From positions 1 to 64,000 of the forward strand of contig CAWCKJ010000003.1 of the NCBI GenBank assembly GCA_963796105.1: a stretch of 64,000 nucleotides of DNA, in the 5' to 3' direction. Both the position numbers and the translations under genes were made by a program. Positions 1 to 9,047 of this stretch are shown piece by piece. Under the pieces are notes generated by a model that was given only the letters and a program-made list of their open reading frames with translations, was not told the origin of the DNA and searched no databases. The stretch is from a candidate division FCPU426 bacterium (GTDB lineage: Bacteria > Oederibacteriota > Muellerivitia > Muellerivitales > Muellerivitaceae). Within the stretch, counting starts at the first letter, position 1; each line of letters opens with the position of its first letter.

Positions 1-93
1 GTTGAAAAGTGTGACGGTGGGCGGTCCAAAAGTGTGACACCCCCCGCCTTCCACGAGCCTTACGGTTCATGGTCGTTGGTTTGTCTTTAGTCT

Positions 94-870
94 TTACCCT
101 TCCTTCTTGTCTTTGTGCCTTAGCCGTTTTTTCGATTCTGTTAATCTATAACTTTGGCCGTTGGCCTCCAGAATATGCACCCGATGGGTCAAACGGTCAA
201 TAAGAGCCCCCGTCATCCTCTCAGAACCCATGATTTCCACCCAGTTTTCGAAGGGCAGGTTGGTCGTTACCAGCAGGCTGGTCCGCTCGTAGGCCTTGCT
301 GACAACCTCGAAGAGCAACTCGGCCCCCGCCTTGGTGAAAGGCACGTAACCCAGTTCATCCAGGACGATCAGATGGAGCCTGGCTAGCTGACGGTGGAAC
401 TTGGCCAATTGTTTCTCCTCCCGGCGCTCCAGAAGCTCCGTCACTAGGCCGGTGACGGAGAAGAACTTTACCGCTCGGCCCTGGCAACAGGCCTGGAAGG
501 CTAGGGCCGAGGCCAGATGGGTTTTACCCGTTCCGGAGTTGCCGATCAGCAGGATGTTTTCTTTTTTGTCCATGTACTCGCCCCGCATGAGTTCCCGGAT
601 TAATTCCTGGTTGATCGAGGGCTGGGCCTTGAAATCAAATGTGTCCAAAGTCTTGAGCACGGGAAAACCGGCATCTCGGATGCGCCTCTCCTTGGCCCGG
701 CGCTCCCGATCCAGAAGCTCTAACTCGGCCAGCTTGAGAAGGTACTGGGGATAGTCGCTGCGCTCAGTGCGGCAGAGCTGGGCCATCTTGTCGTACTCGC
801 GCTGCATCGTGGGCAGTTTGAGTTTTTTGAGATGATGTTCCAGTAAGAGGGTCTTTTTTGATTCGCTCAT
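94..870 (-). CDS. istB: IS21 helper ATPase IstB
   Basis: Walker A GNSGTGKTHLA, Walker B LIVLDELGY, TTNLPF and ALIDRLTH motifs. Overlaps the istA stop. Confidence 0.96.
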   Translation of the reverse strand: MSESKKTLLLEHHLKKLKLPTMQREYDKMAQLCRTERSDYPQYLLKLAELELLDRERRAKERRIRDAGFPVLKTLDTFDFKAQPSINQELIRELMRGEYMDKKENILLIGNSGTGKTHLASALAFQACCQGRAVKFFSVTGLVTELLERREEKQLAKFHRQLARLHLIVLDELGYVPFTKAGAELLFEVVSKAYERTSLLVTTNLPFENWVEIMGSERMTGALIDRLTHRVHILEANGQSYRLTESKKRLRHKDKKEG

Positions 871-2378
871 GCTTCACCTCCCACGGGCATCAGTTCGCGG
901 TAGGCCGAAAGATCCGTCCGGGCCACCTGAACATGACGCAAGTGCTCACGACCGGCAAGGCTGAAGGTGGTTAGCCTGAAATCTTCCCTGGAGTAGAGAA
1001 GTTGAGCGACAGCGTCTCGGGTATAGATCTCCATCCCCACGGCCTTCTTCACTGCCCGGTGGAGCCTGCCCATGGAATGTTTTTCCAAAAGCCTCATCGT
1101 CTTGATGAATTCCCGTGTTCCCTCGCCGTGGAGCTTTTCCTTGGATTTCATACGGCGGTGCAGAAGGGTGAAACTTTCCGGAAGATTCCAGTCTTCCAGG
1201 GGTCTGGCATGATCAAATGCTCCCGGTTTTCCCTCCAAGATCGCCAAATAATGCACTGGATTGAAGGATATGCCTTCCTTGCACCAAAGGCGATCATGCT
1301 TCGCAATACGTTTGTCCCTGTAGAAAACATCCACCCGGTCGATGTATCCCTTCACCACTACAGGATGGTGGGCGTACTCCGTGGGAACAGAATAGTCGTT
1401 GGTGTCGAAACGCACCAGGGACGAGGACGTTGCCGTTGTGGACTGCTTCAGACAGGCGTCAAAAGATGTGGCCGGCAAAGGCCGGAATTTGGCCTTATCC
1501 TCGTCAAGAAGCTGTTTTTTGGGGAGGAACTTGCCGCGCAATTTTCGTTCGAGATCCTCGCGGCATTTCACTTTCAATTGTTCGTTTAGTTCTTCTAGGG
1601 TTCCCACTTGCGGCACTGGCACCATGAAATTTAGCCGGACATATTTCACCCCGCCTTCCACGACACCTTTTTCATTTCCACGGCGTATCGTGCAAAAGTG
1701 GTGATCAAAGAGATAGTGGCTTTCCAACTGCTGAAAACTCCGTGCCAACACCCGTTTATGCACCCCGATAATTTTCGTCACGAGGGTTTTGGCGTTGTCG
1801 TAACTGATCCGCCAGGGCACTCCACCAAAGTATTCAAAAGCCCGGATGTGGCCTTCCCACACAAACTCCGTACTCTCTCGCTCAAACATCTGTACGAAAA
1901 AGGCATCCGAATAGGGCAAGGCCATTACAAAAAACGGACGTTTGACCAACACACCGTTGAGCTTCACCAAGGCGTGCCCAAAATCCACCTGCGCCTCGCC
2001 GGGTCGGTGGATCAAAGGTACGAACACCTCGCTATTTCTCTTTTTAATCCCCCGGACCGCTCTTTTTACCTGGGTATAACAGCCGGTGTATCCATCTTCG
2101 GCTTTCAGGCGTTCAAAAATGCGCTTAGCGCTGTGGCGCTGTTTTTTGTGGACGTGCTTGTCGTCCTCCAGGATTTGCTTGATCCGACCCAGGAAAGGCC
2201 CTACCTTCGGTTGGGGCCTCTCTTGACTCATTTGGTAACCTGGAGGCTCACTATTGGCGAGTATTTTCTTGAGGGTTTCCCAGTGAATGCCTTCTTCTGC
2301 CATCACCTGGCGCTTGGGAACGCCCTCCACCAGGATTTTCTTGCGGATTTTCGTCCATTTGTCCATGTCTTTGTACAC
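867..2378 (-). CDS. istA: IS21 DDE transposase IstA
   Basis: GEAQVDFG, ISYDNAK and NEKGVVE (D-D-E) motifs. Probable GTG start at 2378 after a purine-rich AAGGAAAAGGA stretch; the track ORF starts at 2426. Confidence 0.95.
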   Translation of the reverse strand: MYKDMDKWTKIRKKILVEGVPKRQVMAEEGIHWETLKKILANSEPPGYQMSQERPQPKVGPFLGRIKQILEDDKHVHKKQRHSAKRIFERLKAEDGYTGCYTQVKRAVRGIKKRNSEVFVPLIHRPGEAQVDFGHALVKLNGVLVKRPFFVMALPYSDAFFVQMFERESTEFVWEGHIRAFEYFGGVPWRISYDNAKTLVTKIIGVHKRVLARSFQQLESHYLFDHHFCTIRRGNEKGVVEGGVKYVRLNFMVPVPQVGTLEELNEQLKVKCREDLERKLRGKFLPKKQLLDEDKAKFRPLPATSFDACLKQSTTATSSSLVRFDTNDYSVPTEYAHHPVVVKGYIDRVDVFYRDKRIAKHDRLWCKEGISFNPVHYLAILEGKPGAFDHARPLEDWNLPESFTLLHRRMKSKEKLHGEGTREFIKTMRLLEKHSMGRLHRAVKKAVGMEIYTRDAVAQLLYSREDFRLTTFSLAGREHLRHVQVARTDLSAYRELMPVGGEA

Positions 2379-3189
2379 TCCTTTTCCTTCCGGTTTCTGT
2401 AGTTCCATTTTCTGGAACCACATCATCCCGGAAAATCGGGGAGCGTCACACTTTTCGACCGCCTTTTTTGCCCTCTAGACCGTCACACTTTTGGAACGGC
2501 GTTTACAGCAAAGCAACTTATTAAACGTAATCGTCCTCTTTTACTATTCAGCTTCAAGCGCGAATACCGGCAATTGGTAGCGCGGTGCAACCGTCCAAGG
2601 TTGCAAGCCATATTTTCAATGAGATTGATTTTTTTGCCACAATTCGAAATTTTGAAAATCCCCTTTATCGATTGTCGAATTTACCCAGAAGTGCAACCTT
2701 GAAGATCGAGGACACAATTTTCAGGAAAATAGTTTTTTGCCATTTTTAAAAATGGCAAATTATCAGAAAATTCCGGAAACTAAAATTTTCAAGGTTGCAC
2801 CACTTGTACCACAAGCGATGTTTTGACTGTAAATATCATGTGTTTATTGAGGTGAAAATATTTTAAAAATATGTATGACAAATGTTCCGCGTTGTGGTGC
2901 TACCTTTGCTTTAATAACTTCCGCAGCAATGATATATGGTTAATCATTATCCAGTATTTCTATGGCGATAAAGAAATGGCACTGTAAGGTGTAACCTTCA
3001 ACCTCAATGGCATCAGAAAGTAAGAAGCTGGGTGGGGCTTTGAGGTTTGCGAGGGTTGGATTGTTTCTTAATAAATACTTTTATTTTACGGATTCCACAG
3101 TAATGAATTTTACACCCCTTAATTTCAGGAATTTCGTTTAAAAGAAATATTCCCATAGCTAACATGTTACGGTAATCACGGGAGTAATT

Positions 3190-3468
3190 ATGGAAAAATG
3201 GAAAGTAGGCTTTTCACCCGAAGCGAAACAGCAACTTGAGAAAATTTATAAAGATCACAAGGATTTAAGGCCGGATATCTTGGCGCGCCTTAAGGTCTTG
3301 GAAGATTTCCCGCCGGAGAAATGGTTTTTTGTTTTCAAGCATAAAGGCCTGAACTACTTTCGAGCGGAAATGGGTCAAATGATACGTATTTCGGGGGAGG
3401 CTCACTTCGACACTAAATCAGTTCAAATTACCAATGTCGCTGTATCACGAAAACCACCATCCACTTGA
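3190..3468 (+). CDS. Divergent RelE/ParE-like small protein, putative toxin
   Basis: 92 aa. N-terminus WKVGFSPEAKQQLEKI matches the RelE pattern. GGGAG RBS. Confidence 0.55.
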   Translation: MEKWKVGFSPEAKQQLEKIYKDHKDLRPDILARLKVLEDFPPEKWFFVFKHKGLNYFRAEMGQMIRISGEAHFDTKSVQITNVAVSRKPPST

Positions 3469-3493
3469 TATTGTAGTACACTTGTATTACACT
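3465..3493 (+). promoter_or_regulatory. Sigma70-type promoter with overlapping tandem operator
   Basis: TTGATA-17 bp-TACACT, overlapped by TGTAGTACA (3472-3480) and TGTATTACA (3483-3491). Confidence 0.6.
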
Positions 3494-3527
3494 AGTCGTT
3501 GAAAGTGAAGCGAAAAAGGAGGCGATC

Positions 3528-3845
3528 ATGCAAGCCATTAACTTTCGGCCGAAGGTAGATCCTCGGAAGCTTCGTGAAATCGCAAAGAAGCAACACTATT
3601 CCGACTTGTCCGGTTTCATTAACGATGCGATTGAAGAAAAGCTCCGTCATATCCAAGAGAGCCCCAGGGACCACAAGCTTGTCAGTTCCATTGAAAAAGC
3701 CGTGTACGAATATAATGGTTGGACTTTCTCAAAACCTTCCGCTAAGGAAGCGGCGGAGATCAAGAAAAACGCGGAAGCAATGAGATCGGGGAAAGTAAAA
3801 ACCATTCCTTTGGGAGACATAATCAAAAAGCTGGAAAAGATTTAA
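3528..3845 (+). CDS. Ribbon-helix-helix protein, putative antitoxin
   Basis: Strand-helix-helix N-terminus (AINFR...LREIAKKQ...LSGFINDAIEEKL), C-terminal GKVKTIPLGDII, AGGAGG RBS. Confidence 0.65.
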   Translation: MQAINFRPKVDPRKLREIAKKQHYSDLSGFINDAIEEKLRHIQESPRDHKLVSSIEKAVYEYNGWTFSKPSAKEAAEIKKNAEAMRSGKVKTIPLGDIIKKLEKI

Positions 3846-4433
3846 AAAGAAAAGGTTGCACGGTTTTCCGAAAGAGAAGCCGGGCTTTTTTGTTTGGAGT
3901 AGCGCTTAGGGTTTATTTATACACCCAGCATCCCCGAGGTAGAAGTTGAGCAGCCCACCGAGGTTGATTTACTTCAGCCATTCCGGTTTTCGATAGAACT
4001 GCATAACTATCCAAAAGGTTTCCTCTATAGAATACAACCGAAAACTGGTTGCACTAATCCATGCCACATTTTGGCACCAAAACTTTGCCACGGCTTAGCC
4101 GCAAGAAAATCCGTGTTGCTACACCAAGGCTTTTTACGGCTAAACAACGAGAAAAGCCGTGTGGGGAAGTTTTAACATACAACCCCACTGCTGTCCTAGA
4201 TAAACCTATTTGTCTTTGAACCTCCCAGGAAAACAAGCGATTTAGGACAGGCTCGTGAATTTTCTGGGATAAGCCCCCCTCTTTCGTCCTGATGCTGTCC
4301 AAATTAAGAATGTATTAATTCCATCTGCTTTTCCAAGGGTTCCAGTCTCGCCACTAGGAACGGTGCATCCAACCAGGCCCACAAATCACGATAGGTCAAC
4401 AGGTTGGTGTGCGCCCCAAACCTTGGACAGTTT

Positions 4434-5270
4434 TTACTCCAAGTTGAGAATAGGTTTTCCGGCGATTGGTTTGAGTGACTTTAAAGCCTCGAACTCCTCA
4501 GGCGGCATGTAGCCGATAGAAGAATGCAACCGTTTTTTGTTATACACCTCCTCGATGAAGTATGGAAGTCTTTGAAGCACTTCCTGATAAGTTTCGTAAT
4601 TGAATAGATGCACCTCCTCATATTTCAAGGTTTTGAAAAAGGATTCCGCATTTGCATTGTCGTAAGGGTTGCCTGTCCTGGACATGCTGATCCTTAATCC
4701 TTTGGACTCAAGCAGGGCCACGTAATCCCAGCAGGCATATTGCACCCCTCTGTCTGAATGGTGGATGCATCCCGGAAGAGGATTCCTTTCCTCTAAAGCC
4801 ATGCGTAAAGCCGAAAGCGACAACTCCCGATCCAGTCTCTTGGAAACCGCCCACCCGATCACCTTTCTGGAAAAACGATCCAGAATGGCCGCCAGATAAA
4901 CAAAGCAAGTGAGGATTCGGATATAGGTAATATCCGCCACCCACACTTGATTGACAGCAGTTTCTGCCACCCTTTCCAAGAGGTTGGGGAACACCGGCAG
5001 GTCGTGATTGGATTGGGTGGTTTGGATCTTGAACCTTTTCCCCCAAATAATAGGGTAAAGACCGTATTTCCTTACCACCCGCCGAATCCGTTTGGCGTTA
5101 ATCCTTAATCCCTCCCGTAAAAAGTGGTGGTAGAGCCTCCGATAGCCGTAGTAGGGGAAGGTCAATCTCACCTGCTCGATTCGGTTCTTTAAGTCCAAAT
5201 CTCTTTGTTCCTGAATCTCCGGTTCACTTTTAAGTGCAGAATAATAGGTACTTCGAGGAAGCCCCATCAT
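4434..5270 (-). CDS. IS3 transposase OrfB (integrase core)
   Basis: WVADITY, HHSDRGVQY and DNANAESFFKTLK motifs. Confidence 0.95.
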   Translation of the reverse strand: MMGLPRSTYYSALKSEPEIQEQRDLDLKNRIEQVRLTFPYYGYRRLYHHFLREGLRINAKRIRRVVRKYGLYPIIWGKRFKIQTTQSNHDLPVFPNLLERVAETAVNQVWVADITYIRILTCFVYLAAILDRFSRKVIGWAVSKRLDRELSLSALRMALEERNPLPGCIHHSDRGVQYACWDYVALLESKGLRISMSRTGNPYDNANAESFFKTLKYEEVHLFNYETYQEVLQRLPYFIEEVYNKKRLHSSIGYMPPEEFEALKSLKPIAGKPILNLE

Positions 5271-5614
5271 TTGGCATCCTCTTGAAATTGAGCCAAATTC
5301 CTTGAGGTGATCACGGAGGTATCGAGCTTTCTCTGGTTTTCCGCGTATTTTTGGAATTTTTTTAAAAGGTCTATCGCCATGATCAATTCCCCAATCTTGG
5401 CTTTGAGTTTCTCATTCTCTTTTTCCAATATTTTTTCGTGAAGGGAAGGTTTTTCAACCAAGGTTCCTTGGCGATATTTATCGCGCCAACGGGTTATAAC
5501 GCTTGGATTGAGCTGGTATTGACGAGCAGCTTCATTGAGCGATAGGCCAGTTTCTACCTCGTGGACGACTTGTTCTTTGAAATCAATACTGAACTTCCGT
5601 CTTATTTTACCCAT
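5267..5614 (-). CDS. IS3 transposase OrfA (HTH)
   Basis: RRKFSIDFK HTH plus coiled coil. A7 slippery site at 5357-5363. Confidence 0.92.
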   Translation of the reverse strand: MGKIRRKFSIDFKEQVVHEVETGLSLNEAARQYQLNPSVITRWRDKYRQGTLVEKPSLHEKILEKENEKLKAKIGELIMAIDLLKKFQKYAENQRKLDTSVITSRNLAQFQEDAK

Positions 5615-7095
5615 TTGGAAATGCTCCTTTGGGGGGTTACCCCTTGAGCCGTTTCCCTATTCTCTATTTTTTGCTTCAACTGTCCAACTTGTAGGGCGCG
5701 TTCCAGGTTCATCCGTAGCATGGCAGCCAAGTGGGATAAACTCCAGGCGATCCGGCTCTTCAATTGAAGGAACTTCAACAGTAGCATGGCAATCAATGCT
5801 GTCCAAATCTGCGTCTGAACGGCATTCTCAGTGGTACCCACAAAAGTTTTTACCCGGAGGTTCTGCTTGAGAGCCTTGAAAAACAACTCGATCTGCCAAC
5901 GTTCCTTGTAAATGGCACCCACCGTCGAGGCGGCAAAACCCATGTGGTTGGTCAGGAACACCAACTCCCGCTTCTGGTCTTCGTCCCATACCACCACCCG
6001 TCGCATCTCTTTAGGGTAGGCTTCATGTGACCGAAACGTCGTCAACCGTATCACCTGGTCCTTCAGGACGTTGCCCGTTTTCGGAACCGTCAGGCTTTTC
6101 ACCACCTCGTAGGCCATGTTGATCTTGGCCCGGGTCACCCACCACACGCCTTGGAATGTCCATCGGGCCAGAAGAAAGAAATCCACATACCCCCGATCCA
6201 TCACCACGATTGAATCCACTGGAAAATCGAGCTTTTGGGCCACCTTCACGTCATGCGTGCCTCCCTCCGTTACGAGTCCCCAGCAGGGCAAGTACCCCTG
6301 ATGGTCCAGCAGAAGATGGAGTTTGATGGCCCCTTTGGTTCTACGGAATTTCGCCCAGTCGAACACTGACAAACAAAGGTCGATGGTGCTGGAATCCAGG
6401 CTATAAAGAGGATTTTTAAACCTGAATTTTCTTTTTGAGGTGGCCGCCAACAACTGGCACTTCGATAATAAATGGTAAAAAAGCTTTTGTTGAACCCGCC
6501 AAGAACGCTTGGTGTTGGCATAGGCCAAGGTGGATTTAGTGGGAGCTTTGCAAAGACCCAAGTGGGTCAATTTCCCAAGGGCCGTACTGAGGCCGCCACA
6601 GATTTCCCTCAAGGAATGGGCTGCTCCCATCTGGCAGAAAAGCATGGAAACAAACTGATCCCAGCAACTGAATCCCTTGGAGTGCTTTTCGGCTTCAATC
6701 TCTCGCACGATTCGCTCAAAAGCGGTTCGGTCTACGAGTTTCAACACTTGGGCAAATAGACTGGTTGGTGGTACCATAAAAAAGCGCCTCCGTATGTTTG
6801 AAGTAGCGACGGCTGGTAACCGTTGCTTTGGGCTGTCATCAAACCCAATTCTACTTCAATCGGAGGCGTCTTTTTTTAGGCCTTTATTTAGGACAAGAGT
6901 GATACAACCCATAGAACGAGAAGCACCTCGATCAGTTCTTTTCTACAAAAATCCCGTAATGGGCGACACTTTTAAAAAAATCCCCGTCTAATGCTCGGAT
7001 GGTTTGGATAAGACCCGCATGTAATGCTGGGGACCTATTCCTACCATTACTAACGAAAATACCTCCAGCGGGATGTCGACATTAAGAACCCAATA

Positions 7096-8238
7096 TTGAA
7101 TCCGTTTCTTATCGTTACGCTTTTGGTTTTCACCCTGCCCTTGGGGCCGCCACCCGCTTCCGCGCACATCATTGAGAATTGGTCAGGGGTCATTCCTTGG
7201 TTCACTTTCACTTTCAGAAAATCCAACCATACCGGGCGTTTCATGGATGCCGACGGTTCCAAGATCGATTTCGGCACTGGCAAAACTCCTGATGGCGAAA
7301 AGGCCGTCAAATTAACCTACCACCTGTTAAAAGGCGGATACGCGGGCGTATGGAACTTTTTGGACCACACGGTGGATATTTCTCAGGACGATTTCCTGGG
7401 CTTCGAGGCAAAAGCCACGGTTCCCGGCCCGGTCCGGATGGCCATCAAGGACGATCAAAACGTCACTTATGTCACCTCTTTTCTCGCCACCTCCACCGAT
7501 TGGGTCGAGGTGACCCTGCCGCTTTCCGCTTTCGTGAAGGACCGCTTCGCCACGCCGGATAACGAGCAAAAAACGGCTGCGGGCAGCGCCCAGTTTGACG
7601 ACGCGGTATTCCAGAACCTGGACCCTTACCAACAATTCCTCAAGACCACGGAAATATCCAAGAAGAAAAAAAGAAAGAAATCCAAAAAGAAGCAGGATGA
7701 AATTTTTTTTAGGGAACTTCAGGAATTGGATGTCCGGCACTTGGCGGTGGCGGAAGTCCTTTGCGGGCCCGGACAGGAAAAATGGGGGCCCGATACCGGG
7801 ATTGATTGGGAGAAGATCAGGACGTTTTGCTTATCGCCCATGACATTGGGGGAAGGCGTTGTTTGGGTGGGCTCCATCGAGGCCTTTAAAAGGGAAAAAA
7901 AGGCCGCCCCGAAGCCCACGATGACGCCGACGCCGACTGAAGTGCCGGTCCTAAACCAACCTGAGACGCTGGTGGTGGAGGAACTGCCCGCCAACCTATA
8001 TGTCCAATTTTCCGACGGCCCGGGGATCTATCAATTGGAATTACTCAATGCCAAGGGAAACCATTATGTAACGTTGTTCCGCCAACGGATATCGACGCGG
8101 AAGGACGCCTGGGTCCAGTGGGACGGGAAGAATGAGCAAGGATCATCCGCGCCACCCGGCAACTACCAGGTTGAATTAACGAAAGATGGATTGTTTTTGA
8201 AAAAAATCCAACTTTCTTTCCAGGGGAAAAACCCATAG
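7096..8238 (+). CDS. Exported CBM11-like protein with PT linker and C-terminal FlgD-Ig-like domain
   Basis: Signal peptide; GGYAGVW, DWVEVTLPLSAF and IDWEKI motifs; PTMTPTPT linker; WDGKNEQGSSAPPGNY. TTG start uncertain. Confidence 0.7.
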   Translation: MNPFLIVTLLVFTLPLGPPPASAHIIENWSGVIPWFTFTFRKSNHTGRFMDADGSKIDFGTGKTPDGEKAVKLTYHLLKGGYAGVWNFLDHTVDISQDDFLGFEAKATVPGPVRMAIKDDQNVTYVTSFLATSTDWVEVTLPLSAFVKDRFATPDNEQKTAAGSAQFDDAVFQNLDPYQQFLKTTEISKKKKRKKSKKKQDEIFFRELQELDVRHLAVAEVLCGPGQEKWGPDTGIDWEKIRTFCLSPMTLGEGVVWVGSIEAFKREKKAAPKPTMTPTPTEVPVLNQPETLVVEELPANLYVQFSDGPGIYQLELLNAKGNHYVTLFRQRISTRKDAWVQWDGKNEQGSSAPPGNYQVELTKDGLFLKKIQLSFQGKNP

Positions 8239-8259
8239 GGGGATTTTTGAAAGGAGGAC

Positions 8260-9030
8260 ATGGCTAAAGTGAAAATCCATATTTTCCTTATAACCGCTTT
8301 GGGGATTTCGGTTACGGCCGGTTGTGGCGCGGTTTTCATCAACCATGGGTCGAAAAACGCGACCTTGGCGCTCGACTTGGCCCCGCCCAAGGCAATCAAG
8401 CCCAATGTGAAGGTGACCCAAGAACAAAAGGTAATTGGAAATTTCGAGGACGGCACTAAAAACATTAACCGCAAGCTTTACGGGAATCCCGACGGGGTGT
8501 GGACGGCCCTTTCTTGGGCGGGGAACACCGTGAGCGGCGATTTCGTGGTGGCGGGCGGCGCCAACAACACCAAAATGTCGGCCCACGTTTTTGGGACCCT
8601 GGTCGACCGCGGAAATTCCCTATATCCCGGTTTTATGCTGATGGCCAAATTCAGGAACAAAGGCTATTACGACGCCAGCCCTTTCAGCGGGATACGTTTC
8701 TACTACAAGTGTCCCCTCGATGACATATCCCCAAAACGCCGCTTCTCCATTGCCACGGCCCCAACCACGCCTAGTTCCGGCGGCGGCACCTGCGAGAGGG
8801 GATGCTGGAACCATTACGGCGCGGACCTGGCCGCTTCCGATGAATGGGAACTGAAAAGCTGCAATTTCGCGGATTTGAAACGGGAGTCGGGTTGGGGCTC
8901 TCCCGTCATGCCCCCGGATTTAACCGACCATTTGGCCGAGTTCCTGGATATCCAATGGGTTAACTCGGGAGTAAACGTTCCGGCCTCCATCAACATCGAT
9001 TATTGGGTGGATGAAGTCGAATTTTTCTGA
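8260..9030 (+). CDS. Lipoprotein with CBM11-like domain
   Basis: Lipobox VTAGC; IGNFEDG, YDASPFSGIRFY and IDYWVDEVEFF motifs; AGGAGG RBS. Confidence 0.72.
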   Translation: MAKVKIHIFLITALGISVTAGCGAVFINHGSKNATLALDLAPPKAIKPNVKVTQEQKVIGNFEDGTKNINRKLYGNPDGVWTALSWAGNTVSGDFVVAGGANNTKMSAHVFGTLVDRGNSLYPGFMLMAKFRNKGYYDASPFSGIRFYYKCPLDDISPKRRFSIATAPTTPSSGGGTCERGCWNHYGADLAASDEWELKSCNFADLKRESGWGSPVMPPDLTDHLAEFLDIQWVNSGVNVPASINIDYWVDEVEFF

Positions 9031-9047
9031 TCCCAAAGGGGGTTTCA

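Larger units (their letters stand above)
1..2507 (-). mobile_element. IS21-family insertion sequence, istB-proximal end truncated by the window edge
   Basis: istA-istB pair. The end reads ...GGCGTTTACA at 2507. Two AAAAGTGTGAC subterminal repeats at each end in inverted orientation (about 5-38 and 2445-2492). Confidence 0.93.
4405..5705 (-). mobile_element. IS3-family insertion sequence
   Basis: Inverted repeats TGGTGTGCGCCCCAAACCTTGGACAG / TGGAACGCGCCCTACAAGTTGGACAG. 3-bp direct repeat GGT at 4402-4404 and 5706-5708. Confidence 0.94.
4305..6777 (-). pseudogene. IS4-family transposase (DUF4372 + DDE) split by IS3
   Basis: LDSST, VMDRGY and YKERWQIELFFKALKQ motifs. Removing IS3 and one GGT copy restores ...LRMNLLTYRDLWAWLDAPF...LIHS*. 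Confidence 0.92.
4186..6901 (-). mobile_element. IS4-family element interrupted by IS3
   Basis: Inverted repeats CACTGCTGTCCTAGATAAA / CACTCTTGTCCTAAATAAA (16/19). 9-bp direct repeat ATACAACCC at 4177-4185 and 6902-6910. Confidence 0.92.

Noticed and set aside
3846..4176. Toxin gene downstream of the RHH gene
   Set aside because: Only very short ORFs without toxin motifs were found.
5602..6777. 391-aa ORF as an intact IS4 transposase
   Set aside because: Residues after MLRMNL derive from the IS3 end. The native C-terminus lies at 4305-4404.
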